In this document: positions 37,511 through 50,100 of the stretch, in pieces
Position numbering within the stretch: the first letter of the stretch is position 1
How the letters are laid out: each line of letters starts with the position of its first letter
Assembly (NCBI GenBank): GCA_013265495.1
Contig: MU057936.1
Location: 323,195-387,194, forward strand
Origin: Vicugna vicugna
Lineage: Eukaryota
Length of the DNA: 64,000 bases
Direction of reading: 5' to 3'
Made by a program: the position numbers and the translations under genes
The notes under the pieces: generated by a model
Seen by the model: the letters and a program-made list of their open reading frames with translations, nothing else
The model's database searches: none
What the model was told of the DNA's origin: nothing

Positions 37511-39099
37511 ATAAATAAATCTTTCAGAATCACTGGGAAAAAATTGAATCCTGCTGGCAACATGCATGAATACCCATAAAAACATTCTTTGGCCTTACTT
37601 ACCTTGTTATTCTAGTCTATGATTGTTTTCACATTTTCAGTGCTCACTCATGCAATTAAAGCCTCAAAGCAGTTTTGGGGCACTGAATTTCAGCCCCGGA
37701 AAGAGGGTGCATAGGGGGGATCCATAGCTACGGATCACTAGAGCCAATAGCAAGACAGCTACCACAGCCCCTTAGAAGCCCTAAGCCTTCTCAGGGTCCC
37801 ACCAATCTGCCTACAGCACTGAGTAGATGGAGACCTAGGACAGAGAACTGAAGGGAGTTTCTGAGTGATGACACTGAATACTTGGATTAGTCTCAGGAAA
37901 TAGTTTCATACAGCATCTCTTTTACAATAATCACACTGACAAGCTGATGACAAATCTCTCATTTTAGTGATAGACCAACACGGCTGCTTTGATCTCATTC
38001 CTGTTCAACAGTGAGTAGCACCTACAGCACAGCCAGTGATTTATCATAATGATACCAAGACCCTACAAAATCTCTTAGATGTGAATTAACAAGAGGGTAA
38101 TGAGCCAAAAGTATTGCGAGTTGTATTTGGATGAATTTTATACTTTGTAGGTGCACAGACACATTCTCCAAAACACTTTAACCCCATTATTCAATAAACT
38201 TTAATTCTTTGCTAGTCTATAATTGTAAATTCTTTGATGTTTTCTATAAGCTTCCTAATTAATATATGTATTCTTAAGGTGTTCAAGTTAATAATCTCCT
38301 TTACTTTGGCTACCATATGAGGTAGAAACTACAGAATGAACTTTATTTAATTATCTAGCTCACTATTCCCTACAGTCCTTCAACGAATGAGTCAGACATA
38401 AGAAAGAATCATTACAGGGACTTCCACCCAAACAAGTCATTTATATAGCACTATATAATGAAGTCTATCATGGACAAATTAATCTTTCATTTAAAATGAC
38501 TTGAAATATAATAGCTGTGTATCCACATGAATAAAGAATAATATACAAACATATTTCTTTAATCATATTTGAGATAATCAAGATGCTCACTCTTGGCTAA
38601 TTCATTAATAGTGAGTCATTTATTATGGTGAAATAATGTTTACTGAACATCTGTTACAAGCATTGTACTGAGCAGAGTAGAATCTAGCATTTGGCTCAAA
38701 ACAGCTGTAAACAGGTCTTTTAAAAAACCTCTAGGCTTTGTGAAAGTTATTCTATTTCCAATACAACTTAGTGAGGTGGGATGATGTAAGTTGCTCATAG
38801 TCCTCAAAGGATTTTACTTATCTCTAAAATGTCTCTTCTACTCCTTTTTGTATGGAAAACAACACGCTAGCACATCACAAGGTTCTATCTTACCAACATT
38901 CACTAAAGGAACACATGGTCTTGGTTCCTAAGAGGTTATTTCAGTAAAGTAAGTTGCCTTTTTTTTTTTGCCCTCATGGAAATAGTCCTCAATACCTTCC
39001 ATTTCTGGGTATGATAAACTCAGAATCTATAGCATTCTCTCCCTCCCACCCCCAACACATACACACAACTACACAGCCTAGCTATCACAGAAAGAGAAA

Positions 39100-42000
39100 C
39101 GAACTTAAGGTACTGGATAATGAACAAAAGCATACAGATCTCCCAGGGAACTCACAACTGCTGGGAGGAAGAGACAGGGAGCTATACCAGTTTCCGTCAC
39201 CACGGCTTCTGGCCTGGGGCTAAGTGCAGCATTTCTGCCGAGCAGCAGCCAGTGGAGGAGGGTGCGCATGTGGGAAAGCCCAACATTATCCTGGCCTAGG
39301 AAACCAGAAAAGTTGAGTTGGGAAAATGCTGAAGTGAGGGAACCCCAGAAGGAATCCCTAAACCCTGTCTCCCCACATCTCTAACTGAACTACACTGTTA
39401 TGGGAAAAAAAATGCAAAGCAAAAGAACAAATTCTGAACTGAGATTCGAACTGCCACCCAAAAGATGCTGGTGAATGAAGAGAAGCAGACAGACACTGGT
39501 AGACTGCCCTCACTTGAAGGATGGGAGATGGTGGGGCTGAAAAGGGTCTGGGTGCAGCCCAAGTGCTCACAGCAGAAGTGAGCACATGTGAAAAATCCAG
39601 TCCTGCAGACCTAGAGAACCAGGTTTAAGAAATCCAGGAAATCATGAGCACTGGAGAGAAAGAGCTAAAGAGTAGATCCCCAAGTCCTGACTACTCACAT
39701 CTCTGACTAGACCCTGAACAATGCTTACACAGGCTGGACTCCTAACAGCCCATCCCAAAACAGATCTGAACACAGACAAAAGCGACTTCTCATCAGAAAC
39801 CATGGAGGACAGAAAGACTGGAGCAACATCTTTAAAACCTTGGGGCAAAAAGGGAAATGTTAACCCAGAATTCTACATCCAGCAAAAAATATCACTGAAG
39901 GGTGAAAACAAAATATATTCAGATAGAAGAAAACTAACAGCAATTGTCCCTGGCAGACCTGTACTATAAGAAGTGCATTTTTTTGGCAGCAGCCTTGCAC
40001 TGTAAGAAATGCTAGAAGTTATTTAGATGGAAGGGAAATGATACTAGATGGAAATGGGACACTCAAAAATGAGTAAAGAGCAGCAGAAATGGTAAATGGC
40101 TGAATAAATACAAAAGACTATATTTTGCTTTTCTTCTCTAAAATTCTTTATAAACCAAATAACTGTTTAAAACTAAAATAAGTGTCTTGTGGCATATATG
40201 TGTATGTGTGAGTATATATGTGTATGTGTCCATGTACATGTAACAACCATAACAAAAAGGACAGGAGTCTGGGCCAATAAGTTTGTAAGATTTCCATGTT
40301 TTACTTGAAGTAGTACATTATTAACTAATGTACTAAGTAGTACTATTAACTAATTTAGTGGACTGTGAAAAGTTATGTTTGTATATTGTAATCCCTAGGG
40401 TAGCCACTATAAAAATAGTACAAAACAAGAATAGCTAAAATATCAATAGAAAAAGTAAGCCAGAATTCTGAAAACATATTCAAATACTCAAAAAACAAGG
40501 CAGGAAAAGAGGAAGGAAAAACAGATGAGATGTGTAGAAATAAAAAATAAAATATTAGGCCTAAGACCAGTCATGTCAATAATTACATTAAAGATCACTG
40601 GACTAAACACTCCAATGAGAGTTTGTTACAGATTGTCAGAAGGCAAAAATAAAACAAACCACACAAGCATACATTGTTTACAATATAAATAGGTTTAAAA
40701 CGAACAGATGAAAAATACATACCCTGCAACAAGTGAGAAGCAAAAGGCTGGAATGGCCATTAATATCACAAGACAAATTTCAAAACCAAATGTATTACCA
40801 GAGATAAAGGAGGACTCTTCATACGTAAAAGGGTCAATTCAACAGAAAGGCATCAATCCAGATGTATACGCATTCCATAGCAGAATTTCAAAATATTAAA
40901 ACAAGAATTGACAGAATTAAAAGGAGAAATAGACAATTCTCCAATCACAGCTAGGGACTTTAACACTCCTGTCTCAGCAATGGATTGAACTAGGAAAAAA
41001 AAATATCAGCAAAACCGCAGACCTGAACTACATTATCAGCTACTTTGACTTCATTGGTATTTATAGAACAATACATCCAATAATGGCAGGATATACTTTC
41101 TTTTCAGGTTTACACTGTATACTTACCAGGAGAGGCCATATTCTAGGTTATAAAACAAGCCTCAGTAATTTTTCCTTAAAAAAACTGAAATCATAGAGAG
41201 TATGTTCTCTGATCACAATAAAACTAAATTAGAATACAGTTTTAGGGCAGACAGGACCACCCTTACATTTGTGATTCACCAAAAAGATTCAACAGTAGGT
41301 TATACTCATGGCTAAGATTTATCACAGTCAAGGGTACAGAATAAAAGCAGCACGAAAAAGACAAGCACTGGGTAGAATCAAGAGCAGGGAGACACAGATT
41401 TCTTATACATACTTCCTCTCTAGAATCAAAATACAGGGACATATGCCAAGTATCTCTGCCCAGGGAAGACCAGAAAGAGCAACGGAGTAGCAGGGTTCAT
41501 GGCTTGTATGGAGGGCTGGTCATAGGCATATTCTGTTATGTGACCAGCCATGGTATCAAAACTCAGGACCCCAACAATTAAACAATTCATCAATCTGGAT
41601 GTTAGTACAAAGCAGTTCTGACAAACAAGTACAGCACGGTCTACTGCTCCTGGTGTACAAAACAAAATCAACCATTAACATAAAAACAGGCAGAGGGCCA
41701 TATTCCGGGGGGGTTGACCAAGAGTCAATCATGGTTCCAGGTTTCCTCAGAGACATGAAGGAGTTAGCAACCAGACCCACTGTGTTAACATTTTCTCCAC
41801 AAACACCAATATGTAAACCAGAAAAACCCTACATATTTGGAAAGTAAATAATAAAACTCTAAATAATCATTGGACCAAAGAATAAATTACACATATACTA
41901 ACTTCTCTTACAAAAGGGATCTAATAAATAGGAGTATTACTGTATTAGAATAAAAATTACAGTATTATGTAGGGAAATGTATATGAATGCATTTGGATGA

Positions 42001-42165
42001 AAAGCTCTCAAACAAAAAATAAAAAATAAGTAAATTACAAGAGAAATTAGACAACATTTTGAACTGAATGGTAGTGAAAATACAACACAAAATCTGTGGA
42101 ATGCATTTAAAGTTGTGCTTAGAGGGAAATTTATAGCCTTAAAACGTCTCTATTAAAAAGATCAT
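39100..42165 (+). mobile_element. Ancient L1 (5'UTR, ORF1 and ORF2 endonuclease fragments), interrupted
   Basis: ORF1 motif gacttctcatcagaaaccatggag...aacccagaattctacatccagcaaaa; ORF2 start tcaataattacattaaa..tggactaaacactccaat; aaaggagaaatagacaa; gtgcttagagggaaatttatagc. Confidence 0.8.
41238..41801 (-). mobile_element. ERVL-class solo LTR (MER21/MER68/MER77-like) nested in the L1
   Basis: gaccaccctt...tgattc...ttatactcatggctaagatttatcacag; minus strand starts TGTGGAGAAAATGTTAAC; near-TSD aatac/aacac. Confidence 0.7.
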
Positions 42166-42739
42166 AATGCAAAATCAACAAGTACTGTAGCAAAATTTTT
42201 CAAAAACGTGTAAGAAATTACCCTCCATGTGGTCTTCAATTTTTCCCAAATACAATGCCAGAACAGAAATGTTTTGTAGATGTTTGTATGGTGAAACTTT
42301 TCATTTCTTTGGAAACCAAAATACCACAGAATCTATGAGCAAGTGGGAACCACGTCCTGAGTAGCAATGCATCACTTAAAGTACACCATTCTGAGGAGGC
42401 CCCAACACTGTGGTTGTTCTTTGTCTCCTACCATAATTAGGGAGACGTCTGGGTTGGGGGAAGGGACAGCTTCAGAATTTGTGTGGTCCTTCCAGTTGTA
42501 TGAATAAGATTTTCTAACGAGCAGATCTTGGTATTTTCCCTGGCCTGACAACATGAGAAAAAGGGTAATTTCAATAGAAAGCCATGGCTTCTGTCCACCT
42601 ACAGATCGGAGGCCCCATTCTGCCCAGAGACAAGTATAAGGCTCAAAGAGTACTCCATGGTACATACAGCAGCTGAGTGTTTGGCTAGTGAGAGCCCCAC
42701 TGTGTCACACAGTCAGACATTCTCAAAGCACCAATGCAA

Positions 42740-43283
42740 TGGCCGTGGGGGCCACAAGCATTACTAGTGCAGCTGTTAGGCGGGCTTGCCATACTTTCAT
42801 ATAGATTAGGCTGGTAAGGGGACAATGAGCTCTGAAAGATTCAATTTATTACTTGCAGAGACGGCAGAAGCAAAATCAGCATGGTGTCAGGGCACTGAGT
42901 CCTTAATCCCGCATGCTGACATCAAACAGGAGGGGCCAGATGACAGACGTCCAAGTGATGTGTCATGCTGCTGTCAAGGAGCCACCTCTAAACTATACCC
43001 AAGCAGTTCTACAGACTTACACAGATACCTGAAGTCGTACTTCACCGGGTACAAGGTGGAAACTCCTGAACTCAGCTGAACTAGGAGATGGATGAGAAAT
43101 GGACTTATGACAGGTTCCCACAAGGTTATGTTATGAGAAACTGCCTCATGGCAGCTCCTCACCAGGCTGCTTATCTCCCCTTGTTGCCAAGATCTGAGTC
43201 AGACTATGGTCAAGCACTGCCCCTGTGGTCTGAACAAAGATATGCAAGGTGGCCAGGGTGCTGTACAAAGAAGCTTTTCTACA
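42740..43283 (-). mobile_element. ERVL-class LTR (MER54/MER88/LTR53-like), possibly with internal sequence back to ~42340
   Basis: Minus strand starts TGTAGAAAAGC..GCACCCTGGCCACCTTGCATATC; AATAAA at ~42845-42850 followed by a U5-like tract. Confidence 0.6.
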
Positions 43284-44629
43284 ATATGCTGAATTTATCT
43301 GCTTCTCTGTGAACCAGAAGTACGAGAATGATATTCAATGCTAAGATTTCTGAAGCAGCTACTACGAGGTGACACTGAACATTTCAGCTGGGCCCTGAAT
43401 TAGTTAAAACAAAGTGACAGAGGAGTAGAGGAAGTATGAAAGTTTTAACAGAATAGTCTCTGCCACCTACCCATGCAGGCCAATGGAATTAACCACTCCA
43501 AACAGAGGCACCCTTGAAACGGGGGCCTACTTCTAGGAGGTATGTATAGTGCACAGTGAAGGAAGCAGTGTACCAGCTCTATGACTCCCCGAGCCACTCT
43601 TGGTCCTACAGAAGGATACTCTCAGCGTCTATAATACTCCTTGGAATTAATACAACTGCTTCTGGTCAAACAGAGCAAGGTCAGATCAAAGGCTATGGTT
43701 CTAAAACAACCAGCACACTATAATCAGAAACACCTACCCCAGACAGTGATAGAACCTTAGACTGTAAACAAATCCACATCAGGGCTCTCTGACACAGTCT
43801 GCCTTAGTCCTGGCTAGTGGAGAAACCTGCAACAAAATGACTTTGAAATACATTTCTTTAAATACAGAGATGGACAGACAGACAATGGATGATCACTAAG
43901 TAATGGACACAACTGCTTACAATGGACAGCAACAAAGATTTACCTACGCCAAAACAGAGGCCAGATGAGCATGAACTTTTGGTCATCTTAACAGAATCCA
44001 TAGCTTCCATCAATACTATGTAGAAATTATACTAAACATTTTTGGAATAAAAAGAATGAAATACTCCTTAAAAATTTCTCTTTAATATGAATAAATGTAG
44101 GAAGAAAATGCTCTAGATTTCTTTGCCAACATTATACAGAGACAGCATCTGATTTAATTAAGGCTGTCTGAAGACAATTCATATACAGTACTAGACAAAT
44201 AGGTCCTACCTAGTGTGTGATGAAGGAAAAAAGAGAAGCAAAACCACGTCATTGTGGTAATGTAACAGGAAAAAAACATAACACCATCAGCTGAACAGTC
44301 CAGTGACTAGAGCACGAGGAGGGAAACCATGGATAGGCCAAGAGAATTAGGGTACAGTTAACTGCACAGCGACACTGGGCGGACAGGAAGGAACAGGAAA
44401 AATAACTCACAAAACAACTTATGGCCTATTATCCAGCCAGGAAAGATGAAGTAGGTAAGTGAAGCCTTCTGCTAGAAGTAGAGTTCACTGTATGCTATCA
44501 ATTTGCAGGATACAAAGGAAAAAAACATCTATTAAAGCCCATCTTTTCTTCACCACGAGACTAGGCCTATCACTCAAATACTTATATTCATCATTATGTT
44601 TTAATAGAAGGGTACAATGGATAATCTCA

Positions 44630-44900
44630 TTACTTGAACAATATTTGAATGGATAATCTCAATTCAACAAATATTTTTGAGCACCTACTGCATGCCTGCC
44701 ACTGTGTTAAGCAGAGATTACCCTTTCTAACAGATTTACATGGTATCCTCTCATTCATTCATTCATCAGTTCATTCAACATTCACTAAGCACTTAATGTT
44801 TGCTAGACCATGTTTGATGACCGAAGTGCACACACAGTAAGTGTCCAATATACATCTTCTCTCCTTAAACACAAGAGTTTTACCGTGTGAAGCTGAGAAT
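44630..44900 (-). mobile_element. L2 3' end fragments
   Basis: attcaacaaatatttttgagcacctact..atgcc..cactgtgttaagc and tcattcattcattca. Confidence 0.65.
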
Positions 44901-44964
44901 GGGAGGAGGCAGACCAAAAACATACTTCAGGCATTGGGGCCTCCTGAAAAAAAGCTCCAAGATT

Positions 44965-45075
44965 CAGTGTTAGAGAGACCTAGATTGGAATTCCAGCTTT
45001 ACCACGTACCCCAGAGTGATCTTGAGCACGTAACCTCTCTGAACGGCAGTGTCCTCAGCATAAACTGGGAATAAA
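44965..45075 (+). mobile_element. MIR fragment
   Basis: agacctagattggaattccagctttaccac...gtgatcttgagc...aacctctctga...cctcagcataaactgggaataa. Confidence 0.7.
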
Positions 45076-47179
45076 TGTCATATTCTCTACAAGGTAATAA
45101 AAAATAGAAGCAAAATACCCAGTACAACATAGCGGGGGTCATTGCTGTTGTTATTATCGTTATTAAGAAAGATAACCTGTGTGGCCAGGAGTTGATTGAA
45201 AGATAAGAAACAAAATAATATGGGCAATTTTCTGAATAATGAACTCACTATACTTCTGTGAAGGACAGGGTTGCTTAGAGCGTTTTTGGGTCCCAGAGAT
45301 AAAAACAAAATCCCATTCTAAACAGGATTTACCGCAGTTCCCGGTCTTTTGAAGGCCCTGGTATCCTCTTCCTCTTATCAGCCCTAAAGAAGTACACTAG
45401 AGGCCCCCCACTGGAGCGGCAAGAAATCTGGGAGTATTCAGAATCCTGCTGCCCAGTCCTAACCAGACAGAGATCAAGGAGACAAAGACAATAGAGACGC
45501 TCTGACCCCTGGCTAATGAGGCTGAGATTCTGGCAGAGAATTAGCACCAGTTAAATTGTTAAGAACTCTAATCCAAATGAGGAACTCAGACAGAAAAAAG
45601 CGGAAGGCAACTCTGAAAGGTTAGACACATACAACCTTTAAGAAAGTGAAGAGTTAAGCCTTCAGGGGTGGATGGGTTTTCTAGAAGCACTGTGAAGGGT
45701 AGTATCTGCAGGCTGGAGGCTTTCAGTTATCTGTGGAAGGGCAGACTAGGTTAAGTAGTGGTATAAAATGACTAGGGAGACTAGTAAAAAGGATATGAGT
45801 ATAGTGCTACAAAATAATGAACCCCTGAACAAGGATAAGAGCAGTGGGAATAGACTATTCAAAACTTTGCAAAGGTCAACTCTATAAACTGAGTGAATGT
45901 TCATAGTTTAAAGAATGAAGTATAAAGAAAATGTTAATAATAAATATTAATATCTATCATTTGCGTTTTTAGTTAAAGGAACTTTAAAATTCAAGGAACA
46001 CTAATTTTGCAATATAGTTCATATTAATGCAGTAAAATATTTATATTTTCAGACTGCTTATGAGTTTAAGGAAAGAATTTTTTTTACTTCTCTATATGAT
46101 ATTTTCTTGATAAATTCTAGGGGAAAAAATGAGTGAGATACTGAAGTATGATAAAATTACACAGAAAAGTAAATATATTCTTGCCAAAATCATTATTCTG
46201 GTCCCATGAGTAACACTACTACAGAGGAAAAAACCAGGAACATATTCTATCAACTTTTTTTCTGCAGTGACAGCAAATTTGAAAACTAGGCATGTGTTTC
46301 TAACTTTGCCAGCTTTCTCCCTGAAGCAAACATGTCAGAGAGGATTACTGTGGCAAGTTAAGTCATATGGATTTTTTTTAACACAATTGTAATACATAAC
46401 ATTAGAAACCAAACCACAAAGAACAGGCATTCTGGAGCCAGAGTGGAACAAATACACAGAGCATACAGAGCTCTGAATAACAAGGTTTTGTCACTCAAAA
46501 AGGAAGGGTTTGGTTACCTAAGACTCCAGAAAATAACACATCTTCTAAAACACAATTTTGAAAGGAGGGAAACAACAGAACACAAGGAATTCACTCCAAG
46601 TTAGCAATGTAAAACACAATACATGTTCCTAGATTCTAAATTCCGAGGCACTGAAAAATGTACCTAAGCAGCTCAACTTGTGATTGAAATTCTGGCTCAT
46701 TTAACTGCCAAGACTTTCAAGAAGATAATGAGTGCTATCAAAAATTCATCATAAGTATTTGAACGAGCTTGAAAAGATGTATACCAGCTATTACCACCCA
46801 ATAACAGAGAAAGTAAAGCAACCATTGAGCATTTTTAAGAGCTCTTGATTATCCTGTCTTGTGGCACTTTGACTCTCACTTCATTATGCTCAGCAATATC
46901 CTTGAGAACTATTTAGGTTTCTACTCTACAAAGGATAAAGCTAGTAGGCACACCCTCTTCACAGCAAAGGTGTTCAACAAATGCTGAATTAAGGTTTGAC
47001 ATACATTGTATAAAGCCATTTCCTTAGAAGACTCTAAAAATCAGCTTGCACTAACAATATTATTCCTATGGTCCCCAAGGTTTTCAGGATAACCCCAATC
47101 ACTTTGCCATCTTAGGAAAGGTTTTACAATGCCAAGAGGTTGTCTTCTAAACCTTCTGAAGAGGGGGAAAAATTCAAAA

Positions 47180-50100
47180 TAAAATCAGAGTCAGATATAG
47201 CAGGAATGTTGTAATTATCAGACCAAGAATTTTAAAATACTAGGATTAACCTTCTATGGGTTTTAATGGAAAAAGTAAACAACATGCAAGAAAATATGGA
47301 TAATGTAAGCACAGAGATGGAAATTCTAATAAAGTATCAAAAAGAAATGTTATCAAAAATGCTGTAACAGAAATAAAGAATGCCTTTGATGGGATCATTA
47401 GTAGACTGAACACAGCTGAATGAAGAATCTCTAAGCTTGAAAATATGACAAGAGAAAACTTCCCAAAACTGAAAAGAAAAGAATATCAAGAACTGAAACA
47501 ACTATGAAAGATGTAACATGTGTGGCATGAGAATACCAGAAAGAGGAAATAGAGACAAGAACAGAAGCAATGAGAATTTCCCCAGTACATGTGAGATACC
47601 AAACCATAGATCCAGGACACTCAGGGAACACCAAGCATGATAAATGCTTAAAAACGAAACAAAGAAAGAAAATGCTACATCTAGGCATACTATAGTCAAA
47701 TTGCAGAAAACCCAAGATAAAAAAAATCTGGAAAGTAGCCAGAAAGGGGAAAAAAAACTTGCCTACAGAGGAACAAAGAAAAGAAGTGCAGTTGAACCTT
47801 GAACAACACAGATTTGAACTGCCCGGGTCCACTTATATGCATATATTTTTCAACAGTAAATACTAAAGTACTACACAGTCTGAGGTTGGCTGATTCTGTG
47901 CATGCAGAGGAATGGTCGTTATGGTGGGATGACTATAAATTATACTCTAATTAATGCCCACATTGTTCAAGGGTCAACTGTACATCTGACTTTTCCTCAG
48001 AAATCAAGCAAGCAAGAGGGGAGTGAAGACAAATATTTACAGTATAGAAAGAGAAAGATCCACTAACTCAGAACTTTGTACCCTGAGAAATTATCTTTCA
48101 AAAGGGAAAAAGTAAAGACTTTCTGAAACAAAAATTGAGGAAATTTTTTACCAGGAGATCTTCCTGACAAGACATGTTAAAAGAAGTTCTTCAGAGAAAA
48201 GGAAAATAACACAGGTCAGAAATAAGACTTTACATAAAGAAAGGAAGCACAAGAAAGAATGAAAAACTAAAGGTAAAATAAAACTTTCATTTGTCTTATT
48301 CTTAACTGATCTAAAAGACAATTCATTAAAAATAACAGCAACAATGTATTTGATTATGACTGCTTACATATATAATATGCTTATGTACAAGTGAAATGAA
48401 TGACAATGATGATACAATGAATAAAAGGGAGGAATTTGGAGTATTTTGTAATTATAAGTTACTTGTATCACCCATGAAGTGATACAGTCTTATTCCGAAA
48501 TGGAACTGGATTAGCTGAAAATGTATATTTAGCAAATGTTACAGCAATCATTTAAAAAAATTTTTAAAAAGCATAATTGATATGCTAAGAAATAAGAGAA
48601 AGTAGAATCATATAAAATGCTCAATTAATATCACCAAAATGCAGAAAAAGTGAAAGATAAAAACAGGAACAAAGAACAAAGGCAGCAAATAGAAAACAGC
48701 AACAGATGTGGTAGATATTTATCCAACTATATCGACAATCCCCTTAAATGTCAATGATCTAAATATACTAATGAAAAGATAGAGATTGTCAGAGTGTGTG
48801 AAAAAAAAACCCATTATATATTATCTATAAGTAAACCATTTTTAATATAAAGACATCATATAGATTGAAAGTGAAGGGATGGAGAAAGATACACCACGCT
48901 AACAATCAAAAGAAAGCAGGAGCAGCTATATCAATTTCAGACAGAGTGACTTCAGGGCAAGGAACGTTATTAGGGATAAAGAGGATCATTACATAATGAT
49001 AAAAGGCTCAATTTTTCAAGAAGACATAACAATCATTAATATGCATGCACATAACAATAAAGTGTCAAAATATATGAGGCAAAACCTGATAGAACTGCAA
49101 GGAGAAATATTACAGTCACAGAGCTTAACACTCCTCTAACAGAAATGGACAGATCCAGCAGGCAGAAATTTAGTAAGTACATAGATGAACTTAAACCATT
49201 AATCAATTGAATATAATTGATATCTATAGACTACTTAATCCAACACCAACAGAATTCACGTTTTTCTCTACCTTGATGGAATGTTCACCAAAATAGACCA
49301 CCTTCTGGGACATAAAACACAACCTTAACAAATCTCAAAGAACAGAAATCATACAGTGCCTGCTCTCAGACCACAATGGAATTAAACTAAAAATTAGTAA
49401 CAGTAAAATAACTACAAAATCCCAAAATATATGATTAAATAACTCACTTCTAAATAACACATGGGTCAAAGAAGAACCCTCAAAATAAATTTTTAAATAT
49501 TTAGAAGTAAATGAAAATACAACTTAGCAATACTGTGGAATGCAGTGAAAGTAGGGCTTAGAGGGTAATGTAGTGTTAAACGCATACATTAAAAAAGATA
49601 GCTCTAAAATCAAATTTAAGCTTCCAACTTAGAAAACCAGAAAAGAGCAAATTAAATTCAAAGTAAGCAAAAGAGAAATAATAAAAATAAAAGCAGATAT
49701 CAATGAAATTGAAAACAAGAAATCAATAGAGAAAATAAACAAAGCCAAAATCTGATTCCTCAAAAAGATCCATAAAACCAATAAACTTCTAGTCAAGTTA
49801 AGAAAAGCAAGAGACAAGTTACAATATCAGAAATGAAAGAAAAGACATCATTGTAGATCGCATGGAGATTAAAAGGTTAATAAAGGATTATTATGAACAA
49901 ATCTATGCCCACAAATTTCAGAACCTAGATTAAACCAATTCCTTGAAAGACACAATCTGCCAAAATTTACACAAGAAGAAATAGACAATATGAATAGGCC
50001 TATATCTACTAAAGAAATTGAGTCAATAATTAATAATCTTCTAAAACAGAAAGCAACAGGTTCAGATGGGCGCACTTGTGAATTCTATTCAACACTTACG

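Noticed and set aside
37595..37700. Strong minus-strand donor AAG|GTAAGT at ~37603 (and TAG|GTGAGT at ~17570)
   Set aside because: No convincing upstream pyrimidine tract and acceptor at exon distance; isolated donors are common by chance.
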